Source of the DNA: a virus
Lineage: Duplodnaviria > Heunggongvirae > Uroviricota > Caudoviricetes
IMG/VR virus record: IMGVR_UViG_3300037455_000543
Coordinates: 59,136-123,135 of that record
Direction: 5' to 3' (one strand)
DNA length: 64,000 bases
Below, in pieces: positions 46,128-55,165 of this stretch; within the stretch, counting starts at the first letter, position 1; each line of letters opens with the position of its first letter. The position numbers and the translations under genes are program-made. The notes beneath the pieces were generated by a model that did no database searches, was not told where the DNA came from, and saw nothing but the letters and a program-made list of their open reading frames with translations.

Positions 46128-47255
46128 ATGAATCAAAAAACGGGTTATTTTTTCGTCAAGAATACACATCATAAGAAACTTACATCGTTAAATATTATTT
46201 ATCATACTGGTCCATCATACGAAGCAAGAGGCCGAAGAGGTGTTGCACACCTGATGGAACACATGATTACAAAATGTATAGATAAATATCAGCCTCAATT
46301 TACAAAAGACTGTATAACATTTAATGCGATGACTTCGACAAATTATATACAGGTTTATTTTACCGGAATTTCTGAAAAACTTACACCTGAACTTAAGCAG
46401 CAACTTGTAAAAGAACTTTTGCATAGTTTTGACAATTTGTCCAAGGAAGATTATAAGATTGAACAGGATGTCGTATTGCAGGAAATTTCTGACGATTTTG
46501 ATTCTCCAGATGACGGCTTCTTTTCAAATATTCTTTACAATTACTATAATGTAACTTTACCTCTTGGAACACCGAAAGATGTGGGTAATTTTACATATGA
46601 ACAGGCTAAGGAACTTGCCGAAAATTTCTTCAATAGACCTGCAGCCATTATTGAACGTGGTGACGAACCGACTGATTTTAGTTTTGTAGAATATAATACT
46701 GATGAACCTTTCCCGATTCTTATCTGGTATAAGGAACGTAATAGAAAGGTCATGGAAGAAGCAGAATCAAATAAATGCATTATCTATGCGATTAATAGAA
46801 AACTCATTAAGAAAACTGACTATATCTTTATGAAAATTGGTTTATTGATGCTTGCTGATGGTGAATCTGATTGTCCTCTGTTTGATGAAATCAGGAATAA
46901 GCGAGGACTAAGTTATTATGCATATGGCGATTTGCTAAAATTCGATAAGACAAGTCTTATGTATCTTACCGCAAGCACAGATAAAGAAAAGGCGGAAGAA
47001 CTTAAAACGATAATGATGGATATCTGTCGCAATGTCAAGAACTATCTGACCAAGGAAAGATACGATAATATTATTGAAATGCTTACGACTAAACGTAAGA
47101 TGAATAGATATACGAATTGGGATAAGGTAGATGAATATATTTTGCCAATGATGCCTCGGTTAAATAAGAAGTCAATGAAATTGCTTTCATATGATAGGGT
47201 TGTAGGAACAATGGAAAAGTATTTCTACAGTCTTGAATTCTTTACCAAAGAATAG
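46128..47255 (+). CDS. peptidase M16 (insulinase family)
   Basis: RGVAHLMEHM (HxxEH), NAMTS, VVLQE, LFDEIRNKRGLSY. Confidence 0.9.
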   Translation: MNQKTGYFFVKNTHHKKLTSLNIIYHTGPSYEARGRRGVAHLMEHMITKCIDKYQPQFTKDCITFNAMTSTNYIQVYFTGISEKLTPELKQQLVKELLHSFDNLSKEDYKIEQDVVLQEISDDFDSPDDGFFSNILYNYYNVTLPLGTPKDVGNFTYEQAKELAENFFNRPAAIIERGDEPTDFSFVEYNTDEPFPILIWYKERNRKVMEEAESNKCIIYAINRKLIKKTDYIFMKIGLLMLADGESDCPLFDEIRNKRGLSYYAYGDLLKFDKTSLMYLTASTDKEKAEELKTIMMDICRNVKNYLTKERYDNIIEMLTTKRKMNRYTNWDKVDEYILPMMPRLNKKSMKLLSYDRVVGTMEKYFYSLEFFTKE

Positions 47256-47257
47256 TA

Positions 47258-47286
47258 TTTACAATTTGACATAAATTTACTATATT
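47258..47286 (+). promoter_or_regulatory. sigma70-like early promoter
   Basis: TTTACA-17-TATATT. Confidence 0.7.
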
Positions 47287-47310
47287 TGACAAAAAACAAA
47301 GGAGTTTCAA

Positions 47311-48435
47311 ATGAAATATCTTATTGGTGGCGCATTCGACCCGATTACACATGCTCATGAAGCAATTATTAAGGCAGTAAGCAAAAAGCTTCGCAAAGAT
47401 GACCAGCTGTTTGTTCTTGTTTCCAATACCGATGAAAAGAATTATAAGACGCCGGTTGACGAACGTATTGCAATGGTGAATGTAGCTTTACATGCAAGAA
47501 ATATCAAGGCCGAAATCTGTAAGCAGAATGTTCGTACTTATGAATACATTATGCATGCTTTCGGTCCTAATGATAAGGATATTACTATCGTTATCGGTGA
47601 AGACGAATGGAAAGCACTGGTCGACGGTAAGTGGAAGTTTGGTAAGCAACTATTGAATAACTATCAATTCCGTGTTGTTCCTCGTTCTAATAGCAATGGC
47701 GTTATTCCTGGTAAATATGCCGAATATGAAAATATGAAGGTTTTGCTCGGAGTCAATACCGAAGGTATTTCCAGTAGCGAAGCACGTAAGATTTTCTATC
47801 GTAATCCTGAATGTCATTACAAGGATGTGAAGCAGTATATCAGCAAGCCGGTTTTTGAATATATCCGTAAGGAAGGCGAACTGACTGATGATCGTGATAT
47901 GCCTATCAAGTCTAACAGTCTTTATGACCAGAACCCGACTAATTATGATGAACTTGAAAAGCAGTGGATTGAAAACTACAAGAAGCAAGGCTGGGGAAAG
48001 TTCGCAAATACTGTCGATATTGTCGGTATTTCCGGTGAAGAAGTTCTGTTGATTCGCCGTAAGAAACCGCCTTACATGAATTACTTCTGCACTCCTGGTG
48101 GATTCTTTAATCCGGTCGACTATATCAACAAGGAAACTAAACTTCCTGAAAAGGCTGATGCTTCTTTGGAACATGCCGCACAGCGTGAATTCCGTGAAGA
48201 AACTTCTCTTAATTTGCCGGTTGAAAAGTTTATTCAGATTAAGACGTATAGTCATATGTTTGACCCGCGTCTCCGTATCATCGATACTGCCGTTTCCGTC
48301 AAGGTAACTGGTAAGGAAAAGAAACTTGCCAAGGCTGGTGACGATGCTAAGGATGCTGCTTGGTTCAACATCAACGAATTGCCTAAGATGGGATTCCATC
48401 ACGAAAAGATTATTGAAGATTACCTTAATAAATAA
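47311..48435 (+). CDS. bifunctional NadD-like (N)MN adenylyltransferase / Nudix ADP-ribose pyrophosphatase
   Basis: GGAFDPITHAH, ISSSEAR (NadD-type); PGG...AAQREFREET Nudix box, DPR. Confidence 0.88.
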   Translation: MKYLIGGAFDPITHAHEAIIKAVSKKLRKDDQLFVLVSNTDEKNYKTPVDERIAMVNVALHARNIKAEICKQNVRTYEYIMHAFGPNDKDITIVIGEDEWKALVDGKWKFGKQLLNNYQFRVVPRSNSNGVIPGKYAEYENMKVLLGVNTEGISSSEARKIFYRNPECHYKDVKQYISKPVFEYIRKEGELTDDRDMPIKSNSLYDQNPTNYDELEKQWIENYKKQGWGKFANTVDIVGISGEEVLLIRRKKPPYMNYFCTPGGFFNPVDYINKETKLPEKADASLEHAAQREFREETSLNLPVEKFIQIKTYSHMFDPRLRIIDTAVSVKVTGKEKKLAKAGDDAKDAAWFNINELPKMGFHHEKIIEDYLNK

Positions 48436-48442
48436 GGTCATT

Positions 48443-48697
48443 ATGAAAAATATCATTAAACATGTTCGTGTGTGGGTAGCTACAATACTTATGTTCCCAT
48501 TCGTGGTAGTTGCCTGCTTAATATCGCTTCTAAGCTTAGTGTTGTTTTCACTTGCGATGGGGCTTATCAAGATTCCTCAAGTGATTGGCTATCTCATTGG
48601 TCCAAAAATCACCCCTGCGGATGGGAAGCGATACAAGAACTGGCTAGTGCGTTTCTTGGATTATATACTTAATAAAGCCGACTGGCCAAACAGATAA
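48443..48697 (+). CDS. membrane protein
   Basis: Long hydrophobic segment; start moved to ATG 48443. Confidence 0.65.
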   Translation: MKNIIKHVRVWVATILMFPFVVVACLISLLSLVLFSLAMGLIKIPQVIGYLIGPKITPADGKRYKNWLVRFLDYILNKADWPNR

Positions 48698-48716
48698 ATT
48701 CTGAATTTTCTTTAGC

Positions 48717-48752
48717 AAGACCGTAGAAACCTACGGTCTTTTATTATAAATA
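48717..48752 (+). promoter_or_regulatory. terminator followed by late promoter
   Basis: AAGACCGTAG-aaac-CTACGGTCTT-TT, then TATAAATA 48745-48752. Confidence 0.75.
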
Positions 48753-48779
48753 TAATAAAACTAACGTTAGAGGAAATTT

Positions 48780-50213
48780 ATGAATAAAATGAAACTTTTT
48801 GAAATGGCTAAGGCTGCTCAAGAACGTATGCTTGACAGACTTCCAGTTAATAAGAAATATATTTTCTTAATTGGCCGTTTTCTTGAATTGCATGGCGATC
48901 ATAATACAATGACTCGCCTCAAACAGTATCTTGAATCTCGTCTTTCTCCTGAAGAATTCAATATGGATAATATTTGCGGTGTATTTGGCGTAGATCCTGC
49001 TGCAAAACATACTGATGCTGGAACAAGAAACAATGAAAATTCTTTCGCAAGTGTTTTTCATGCACGTTTTGAAACACTCTATAATAACATGAAGAATTCC
49101 TTAGCTCGTTCAAAAGACGATATCGATAAGAACTATGTCGATAAGGTTCTCGATTTCTATTCTGCCGTTTATAATCATGAAAATCCGCAAGAAGCCTATG
49201 ATAGACTCAATATGGGTCCGGTAATTGACTGGATTAAAGATAACAAAACTGAAGCAGAAGAACGTTTTGGTCGTCGTTGGGATAAGATTCAGCGTGTTCT
49301 TGCACAATGGCTCGATGACAACTATGAAGGTTCTACCGCTCAAGCTGTAGCTAATTTCTGGGCATGGTGGCGTCAAACTAAAGATGAAAACCCGGATGCA
49401 TTAATGCCTATCGCATTAGCACAAAGATTGGCAAGAGTATTCTGTGAAGAAAATTCTCGTGAAGTTCTTGGTAATTTCCATAACTTCGTATTAAAGAAAG
49501 TATTGGTTACATTGACCGCTGATGACAACGGTGTTCCTGGTGCACTTAAGGCTAAAGTTGGTCAGGCTGTTCGTGACGGTGAAGAATTAGGCCGTATGAC
49601 TGATTACTGCCGTAACCTCGTCAATACCTGGTTCGGAACTGAAGAACCTACAGACGAACAACTTGAAGCAATGCGTAATCGTGGTAACGACGAAGGAAAT
49701 AATGCCAATGTTGTCAATGAAGAAAACTACGAAGATACAATAGGTGATATTCTTGACCCTGCTGATACTGCTAAGCTCTCTTATGCAATGGGTGCTATCC
49801 ATCCAGATGATATACCTGTTACACTTGGAGAACTTGCTGAACAATTAAAAGAGTATATAGATTATGATAAAGTTGGTAAAGTTGATCGTGCGACTGTAAA
49901 AGCTGCATTTATGCATTTCCGCGAGAAAGTAACTTCTAAGGATTTTAGAATCGGTAATGAAATTATTGTTAATGAAAGACTTATAAATTCTATCCAGGAA
50001 TTCTATAATAACTATAAAAATATTTTCAAAATCGGTCTTACTCAAAATGGTTTATTCAAAATCTTCGACGGCCTCTTGACCCATTATTACGAACAGCGTA
50101 CTAAGGAAATTGATGATGAATGGGGCAATAAACAATATGATGATGTTCCAGATGATTATGAACTTGAAGAAGCATTAAGAGTTCTTCATCAAAATGGCTT
50201 CATGATTGACTAA
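48780..50213 (+). CDS. late protein with C-terminal LEEA motif (putative capsid-internal protein)
   Basis: MNKMKLFE...; C-terminus ELEEALRVLHQNGFMID. Confidence 0.8.
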   Translation: MNKMKLFEMAKAAQERMLDRLPVNKKYIFLIGRFLELHGDHNTMTRLKQYLESRLSPEEFNMDNICGVFGVDPAAKHTDAGTRNNENSFASVFHARFETLYNNMKNSLARSKDDIDKNYVDKVLDFYSAVYNHENPQEAYDRLNMGPVIDWIKDNKTEAEERFGRRWDKIQRVLAQWLDDNYEGSTAQAVANFWAWWRQTKDENPDALMPIALAQRLARVFCEENSREVLGNFHNFVLKKVLVTLTADDNGVPGALKAKVGQAVRDGEELGRMTDYCRNLVNTWFGTEEPTDEQLEAMRNRGNDEGNNANVVNEENYEDTIGDILDPADTAKLSYAMGAIHPDDIPVTLGELAEQLKEYIDYDKVGKVDRATVKAAFMHFREKVTSKDFRIGNEIIVNERLINSIQEFYNNYKNIFKIGLTQNGLFKIFDGLLTHYYEQRTKEIDDEWGNKQYDDVPDDYELEEALRVLHQNGFMID

Positions 50214-50221
50214 ATAAAATT

Positions 50222-50290
50222 AAAGAGGATTTCAAAATCCTCTTTTTTAATAGTAATAAAAAGGCGATTTTTGAATCGCCTTATTTTTAT
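50222..50290. terminator. two hairpin terminators between convergent late genes
   Basis: AAAGAGGAT/ATCCTCTTT and AAGGCGATT/AATCGCCTT. Confidence 0.8.
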
Positions 50291-52023
50291 TAGATTTCTT
50301 CCCAGATTTCTATGAAGCTTCCGCCTTCATTAGGTCTGCGTTCATTGAAATCGCCTGGTTTATAATCGAAGACAATCGGATCTTCTGTATCATTCAGCTT
50401 TTCAAGTGCAGCTTCCTTAGTAGGTGCAGCAACAACAACGTTATCTGTGATTGCTGGATTTACATTACCGTTTTCGTCAACTGGGTGATAGTATACACGC
50501 CATTCCTTAGGTCTTGCCATACGGTGAACAGGTCCATTAATTCTTCTTGGTTCTCTGTTTCTCGGTCTTTCACCAGCCGGTTCTTCAGCCGGAGCTTCTT
50601 CAGCAGGTGCTTCTTCTCTTGCAGGAGCTTCTTCAGCAGGTTCTTCAGCCGGAGCTTCCTCACCAGCAGCAGGAATGTCAGCAAACAATTCTTGATATTC
50701 TGCTGGAAGCGGACCAGGTTTTTCATTATCGATTAAACCATGTCCCTGTCTAACGGCAATTTCTTTTTCTTCAGGTTCATTTGGTCTAATTTCAACGAAT
50801 GTAAAGACATTATCAAACTTTTCATCAATTTGATCTTTTACCCATTGAGAAAGACCATTTGCATTATTACAAATATATTGAACATAAATTTTTGCGGTAT
50901 CACCATCAAAATCAGCAGTCAAAGCAATCTTGTTACCTTCAGGGTCATAGTCATCAACCGCTGCTTTAAGTGATTCATATGCTTCTCTAATATTTGCAGT
51001 TTCTTCACCGCCTTCAGTATCAATTTCAACAGCAACCGTTCTTGTAGTTACTCGAACATTTACTTCTGCTGGAGCTTCAGCTGCCGGTCTTTCTTGTCTT
51101 GCTGGTGCTGCAGGTGCTGCAGGTTCTTCATGTGCAGGTTGTGCTTGCTGTGCAGGTTGACCGCCAAGTCTGTGACCACGTGGGTTCGGGTTATCGCCGC
51201 CTCTACCAGTCGGTTGCGGAGGAACAGCGCCATTAATCTTACCGTCTGCTGCAACTGTAATAGCATCCTGATGGTGAGTATCTGTAAGTATCTGGTTAAG
51301 AGAATTAATAAACGATCTTAACTTAGCTTTACCGCGTTCCGGTGCATCAGGAATGAAAGAAGCGAAACCATAAATGAACTTCTTAACCTTATCTGGGTCA
51401 CGTTCCAAAACGTGGTTTGATTTAGCAGATGCATAACAATTCTTAAATGCATTACATCTTGCAAAGGCTGCAGGGTCCATGCCGCGGAATTCATTTGCTT
51501 CGTTAAGCATAAAACCATGCTGACCAAGAACTTCAACTGCTTCTCTGATTTCCTCATCACTTGGATAATATTCATTATTCATATCATCATAAAGATCAGT
51601 TTCTTCATCAGAGTAATCATCAGGAATTCTGCCGTCGTCTTCAGGTTCTTCAAAACCATTAAGCTTTCCTAAATTTTCATCTTCCGGATAATCATCATAG
51701 TTTTCTTCGTCTTCTTGTTCTTCGTCGCCGATATAATCGTTTTCATTATCCAATCTTTGTGATTCTTCATAGATAGCGTCAACGAGCTTATCAACTGCCT
51801 TAGTTGGTTCTATGCCATCTTCATAATATGAATTAATGATATCGGCATACCATTCGTCTTGCATCAATTCATCAATAGACTGATAATTTTCATCGTCTTT
51901 ATATGTATCAGCCCATAAGTCATTTAACTTGGCTACGTAATCTTCAAACGAACCAGTTGCCTGTTCTTTCAAGACATACAAACCATGTTGCTTAATTATT
52001 GATTTAGCTTCATTAATTGTCAT
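50290..52023 (-). CDS. acidic low-complexity late protein with two LNEA-type motifs
   Basis: MTINEAKSIIKQHGLYVLKE; internal EIREAVEVLGQHGFMLNE; EEAPAEEP repeats. Confidence 0.85.
   Translation of the reverse strand: MTINEAKSIIKQHGLYVLKEQATGSFEDYVAKLNDLWADTYKDDENYQSIDELMQDEWYADIINSYYEDGIEPTKAVDKLVDAIYEESQRLDNENDYIGDEEQEDEENYDDYPEDENLGKLNGFEEPEDDGRIPDDYSDEETDLYDDMNNEYYPSDEEIREAVEVLGQHGFMLNEANEFRGMDPAAFARCNAFKNCYASAKSNHVLERDPDKVKKFIYGFASFIPDAPERGKAKLRSFINSLNQILTDTHHQDAITVAADGKINGAVPPQPTGRGGDNPNPRGHRLGGQPAQQAQPAHEEPAAPAAPARQERPAAEAPAEVNVRVTTRTVAVEIDTEGGEETANIREAYESLKAAVDDYDPEGNKIALTADFDGDTAKIYVQYICNNANGLSQWVKDQIDEKFDNVFTFVEIRPNEPEEKEIAVRQGHGLIDNEKPGPLPAEYQELFADIPAAGEEAPAEEPAEEAPAREEAPAEEAPAEEPAGERPRNREPRRINGPVHRMARPKEWRVYYHPVDENGNVNPAITDNVVVAAPTKEAALEKLNDTEDPIVFDYKPGDFNERRPNEGGSFIEIWEEI
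50575..50670 (-). repeat. tandem imperfect coding repeats (EEAPA/EEPA)
   Basis: Repeated ttcttcagc/ttcttcagccggagc units encoding EEAPAEEPAEEAPAREEAPAEEAPAEEPA. Confidence 0.8.
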
Positions 52024-52047
52024 AAATCCTCTAAATTACTTTTATAT

Positions 52048-52055
52048 TATTTATA
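52048..52055 (-). promoter_or_regulatory. late promoter TATAAATA
   Basis: Exact match upstream of 52023. Confidence 0.7.
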
Positions 52056-52069
52056 ACCAAAAATAAGAA

Positions 52070-52096
52070 AAATACCCTGTCAAACAAGGTATTTTA
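52070..52096. terminator. terminator hairpin
   Basis: AAAATACC...GGTATTTT. Confidence 0.6.
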
Positions 52097-52114
52097 GACT
52101 TAATTCTGAATTTC

Positions 52115-52729
52115 TTACTTTAATCTATTGGCCAAATCTCTGATATTTCCACCGTTCTTCAAGAAATCAGTTACACTCATACCGAGACCTGCCCTTCTAG
52201 CTATTTCTGTAGTGCGTTTCGGTGTTCCTCTTCTGTTTTTCAACGGATCTCTTTGACCAATAGCATTTCTATTAATACCTGCTGCCATATCACGGGCACG
52301 GGCATTAGATACTTCATATTTATCGTAATTTTCTTTCAACCAAGTAATAAGCTGGTCAAGGCCTCTTGTGAATGTATCAGTTGTTGTATAGAACGTATCA
52401 GCTTGTAAAACAACAGGTTTCTTGGAACCGTCTTTCAATGTCTTAATAAAAACTCTCGCATTACTGTTATCGCATACGGACAATGTTCCATCATTATTAA
52501 TCTTGATTTCAAACTGGTATGCGCCACGTCCGCCCTTACGTGTAAGCTGTATTTTATTTGCAGAACGACCATTTGTCGGAGACGGAATATAGATATCACC
52601 CATGTCACGTCTAATTCTATTACAAATCCAGTTTGTCATTGTCTGATTATATGCTTCATCAGCCTTTTCATTAATAATAAAATCTATAAGGCTATGCTTT
52701 TTTACGTTCTTATATACAATATTTGACAT
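52115..52729 (-). CDS. basic late protein
   Basis: IINE near N-terminus; Arg-rich C-terminus; TATAAATA at 52749-52756. Confidence 0.75.
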   Translation of the reverse strand: MSNIVYKNVKKHSLIDFIINEKADEAYNQTMTNWICNRIRRDMGDIYIPSPTNGRSANKIQLTRKGGRGAYQFEIKINNDGTLSVCDNSNARVFIKTLKDGSKKPVVLQADTFYTTTDTFTRGLDQLITWLKENYDKYEVSNARARDMAAGINRNAIGQRDPLKNRRGTPKRTTEIARRAGLGMSVTDFLKNGGNIRDLANRLK

Positions 52730-52748
52730 GAACCCTCTCTTTTTATTA

Positions 52749-52807
52749 TATTTATAAGTTCAAAATTAAAAATAATAGTTTACAATAATTCCTATTTTTA
52801 TTATATT
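52749..52807. promoter_or_regulatory. late (-) and early (+) divergent promoters
   Basis: TATAAATA on - 52749-52756; TTTACA(52779)-17-TATATT. Confidence 0.7.
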
Positions 52808-52813
52808 TGTTAT

Positions 52814-53599
52814 ATGACACAATTTGTTTTAATTACTGGCTATATGGGTTGTGGAAAGTCGACTGTTTCCAATATCCTACGTGACAAGTCATTTTACGTC
52901 CTCGATATGGATTCGACGATTAAATTCTTGTATAATAAAGACGTTGGAACAAAAGATCTTCTATGTCAAGTCTTTGGTCATAATGCACTTAAACCCTATG
53001 ACAAAGAACTGAGGACTTGCCTACCAAATATGGAATATCTGCGACAAGAAATGTTTAAACCAGAAAATGCAGAAAAACGCAAATTGTTAATGCACCGTAT
53101 TTTAAATGAACGACTACATCCAGGTATCTTTTTTGAAGGATATGATGATATTCATCGTAAACCGATTGTATTCGTTGAAGCTGCATTAACTGAATCTGTC
53201 CCGGAATTTATAGACATATTTGGAGTAAAGCATGTTATCAATGTTCAATGTGCTGACCATCTTAGACGACAACGTTTACATGAACGAGGAATGACTGATG
53301 AAGATATTGATACTCGTTCCAGACTTCAAAGTTGGCCAGTTTTGCCTAATAGTGTAATTACACACTCAATTACAAATGACCAATCAATAGACGTATTGAG
53401 ACAACAGATAGATACTCTACTTGGTGATAAAAATTTTATCTACGACACTACTAGGCTGGAATTCTTTAAAGAAGTACTTCCAAGAATTCCTACATATGCA
53501 GTCAATAATGCAATTTGTAGTGCGTTTAAATCGGCAAAGGGTTGTAAGAATTGTCCATTCCCATGTGAAGAATGGTTAAATAAAAAGGATAAGACATGA
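52814..53599 (+). CDS. coaE: dephospho-CoA kinase-like P-loop kinase with C-terminal Cys cluster
   Basis: ITGYMGCGKSTV, DMD, VEAA, RRQRLHERG...SRLQ; tail CxxxxxxxCxxCPFPC. Confidence 0.65.
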   Translation: MTQFVLITGYMGCGKSTVSNILRDKSFYVLDMDSTIKFLYNKDVGTKDLLCQVFGHNALKPYDKELRTCLPNMEYLRQEMFKPENAEKRKLLMHRILNERLHPGIFFEGYDDIHRKPIVFVEAALTESVPEFIDIFGVKHVINVQCADHLRRQRLHERGMTDEDIDTRSRLQSWPVLPNSVITHSITNDQSIDVLRQQIDTLLGDKNFIYDTTRLEFFKEVLPRIPTYAVNNAICSAFKSAKGCKNCPFPCEEWLNKKDKT

Positions 53600-53756
53600 A
53601 GTTCACGCTAAACATTCCATTTGAAAAACTTAAAATAACAGATGAAGAATTAGCGAAGAGACAGGAACTCATTAAAAAGCATACCGATGAAAATGGTAAG
53701 GTAGATTTATATCTTGTATTTAAAGATTTTTATGAATGGTTAAATAAAAAGGATAA
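53570..53756 (+). repeat. 23-bp perfect direct repeat pair
   Basis: GAATGGTTAAATAAAAAGGATAA at 53570-53592 and 53734-53756. Confidence 0.9.
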
Positions 53757-53775
53757 AAATGACGAATCAATTTGA
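53596..53775 (+). CDS. small hypothetical protein (59 aa) between direct repeats
   Basis: MKFTLNIPFEKLKITDEELAKRQELIKKHTDENGKVDLYLVFKDFYEWLNKKDKNDESI; ATGA overlap. Confidence 0.65.
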   Translation: MKFTLNIPFEKLKITDEELAKRQELIKKHTDENGKVDLYLVFKDFYEWLNKKDKNDESI

Positions 53776-55096
53776 ATTCATTAAAAATTATATGCAGAGC
53801 TTGTCAGTTTGTAAGACTGAACGAGAATGGGTGCAAGAAGCAGAAACAATCGCTGTCCAGCATGGATTCTCAAAGTTCAATGCTAATACCAAATATGAAC
53901 CGGGCGATAAGGTTTATTTTGTAAATCGCAAGAAAAACTTCGCTGCATTCGTATATGGTAAATATAATATTTCTGCAAACTTGCTCGGTGCTCATATCGA
54001 CTCTCCGAGAATCGACGTGAAGCAACAGCCTTTATATGAATCTGATGGCGTTGCATATTTCGATACTCAATATTATGGTGGTATCAAGAAGTATCAGTGG
54101 ACTACTATTCCGCTCGCAATTCATGGTGTAGTATATAAGGCAAATGGTGATGAAATTAGCGTAAATATTGGCGAAAAGCCGAATGACCCTGTTTTCTGCA
54201 TTACTGACCTTCTTCCTCATCTTGGTCGAACAGCAATGAGCAAGGCTACTGCCGAAGAATTTATCAAGGGCGAAAAACTCGATATTATTGTCGGAACTAC
54301 GCCGATAACGACTAATAACAATGATACTCTCAAGCTTGATGAAAAGGAACCTGTAAAGAAATTCGTTCTTAACTATCTTAAAGAAAACTGGTTAATCGAA
54401 GACGAAGAAGATTTCTGTTCTGCCGAACTTGAAATTGTTCCTGCTGGCCCTGCAAGATTTAGCGGTCTTGACAAGTCTCTTGTTGCTGGTTACGGTCAGG
54501 ATGATAGAGTATGCGCATATACCTCTTTAATGGCTCTTATGGACCTCCAGGACGTCCCGGAACATACGGCAGGTGTAATACTAGTAGACAAGGAAGAAAT
54601 TGGTTCCTGCTGCGCTACAGGCGCGAAATCTCGCTGGTTTGAAGATGTTCTTAGAATGGTTTTCGATTCTCCGAATGAAGGAATGTTTGCAACAAGTCTC
54701 TATAATACCAAAATGCTTTCTTCCGACGTAACTGCTGCTTTTGACCCGCTTTACGGTGATGCCTATGATAAGAAGTCATCTGCAAAGTTTGGAAAGGGAA
54801 TTATGTTCTCCAAGTATAACGGCGGTCGAGGCAAGTCCGGTGGCGCTGATGCAAATCCGGAATTTATTGCCTATGTTCGCGGTTTGATGAAGGAAAATAA
54901 CTGCAAGTATCAGTTTGATTCTATGGGCAAGGTTGACCAAGGCGGTGGCGGAACTATTGCATCTATGGTTTCTGATTTGAATATCAATGTGCTTGATGCT
55001 GGTGTTCCTGTTCTCAATATGCACTCTCCGATGGAACTCGCTCATGTCGATGACATCTATGCTGCATATCTTGCATATATGGCATTCATTAAGTAA
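53759..55096 (+). CDS. M18 family aminopeptidase
   Basis: GAHIDSPR, YYGGIKKYQW, GQDDRVC, DKEEIGS, SSDV, GGGTI, MHSP. Confidence 0.92.
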   Translation: MTNQFEFIKNYMQSLSVCKTEREWVQEAETIAVQHGFSKFNANTKYEPGDKVYFVNRKKNFAAFVYGKYNISANLLGAHIDSPRIDVKQQPLYESDGVAYFDTQYYGGIKKYQWTTIPLAIHGVVYKANGDEISVNIGEKPNDPVFCITDLLPHLGRTAMSKATAEEFIKGEKLDIIVGTTPITTNNNDTLKLDEKEPVKKFVLNYLKENWLIEDEEDFCSAELEIVPAGPARFSGLDKSLVAGYGQDDRVCAYTSLMALMDLQDVPEHTAGVILVDKEEIGSCCATGAKSRWFEDVLRMVFDSPNEGMFATSLYNTKMLSSDVTAAFDPLYGDAYDKKSSAKFGKGIMFSKYNGGRGKSGGADANPEFIAYVRGLMKENNCKYQFDSMGKVDQGGGGTIASMVSDLNINVLDAGVPVLNMHSPMELAHVDDIYAAYLAYMAFIK

Positions 55097-55117
55097 AATA
55101 TTTTTAACATTTAATAT

Positions 55118-55159
55118 AAACTGAAACATATTTACAAGTGTTTCAGTTTTTTCTATATT
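55118..55159 (+). promoter_or_regulatory. terminator/early-promoter module
   Basis: AAACTGAAACA-tatttacaag-TGTTTCAGTTT; TTTACA(55131) in loop-17-TATATT. Confidence 0.75.
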
Positions 55160-55165
55160 TAGACT

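Noticed and set aside
50460-51575. Several + and - strand ORFs overlapping the 577-aa gene (e.g. 50460, 50485, 50547, 51094)
   Set aside because: Alternate-frame products of the low-complexity repeats with no expression signals.
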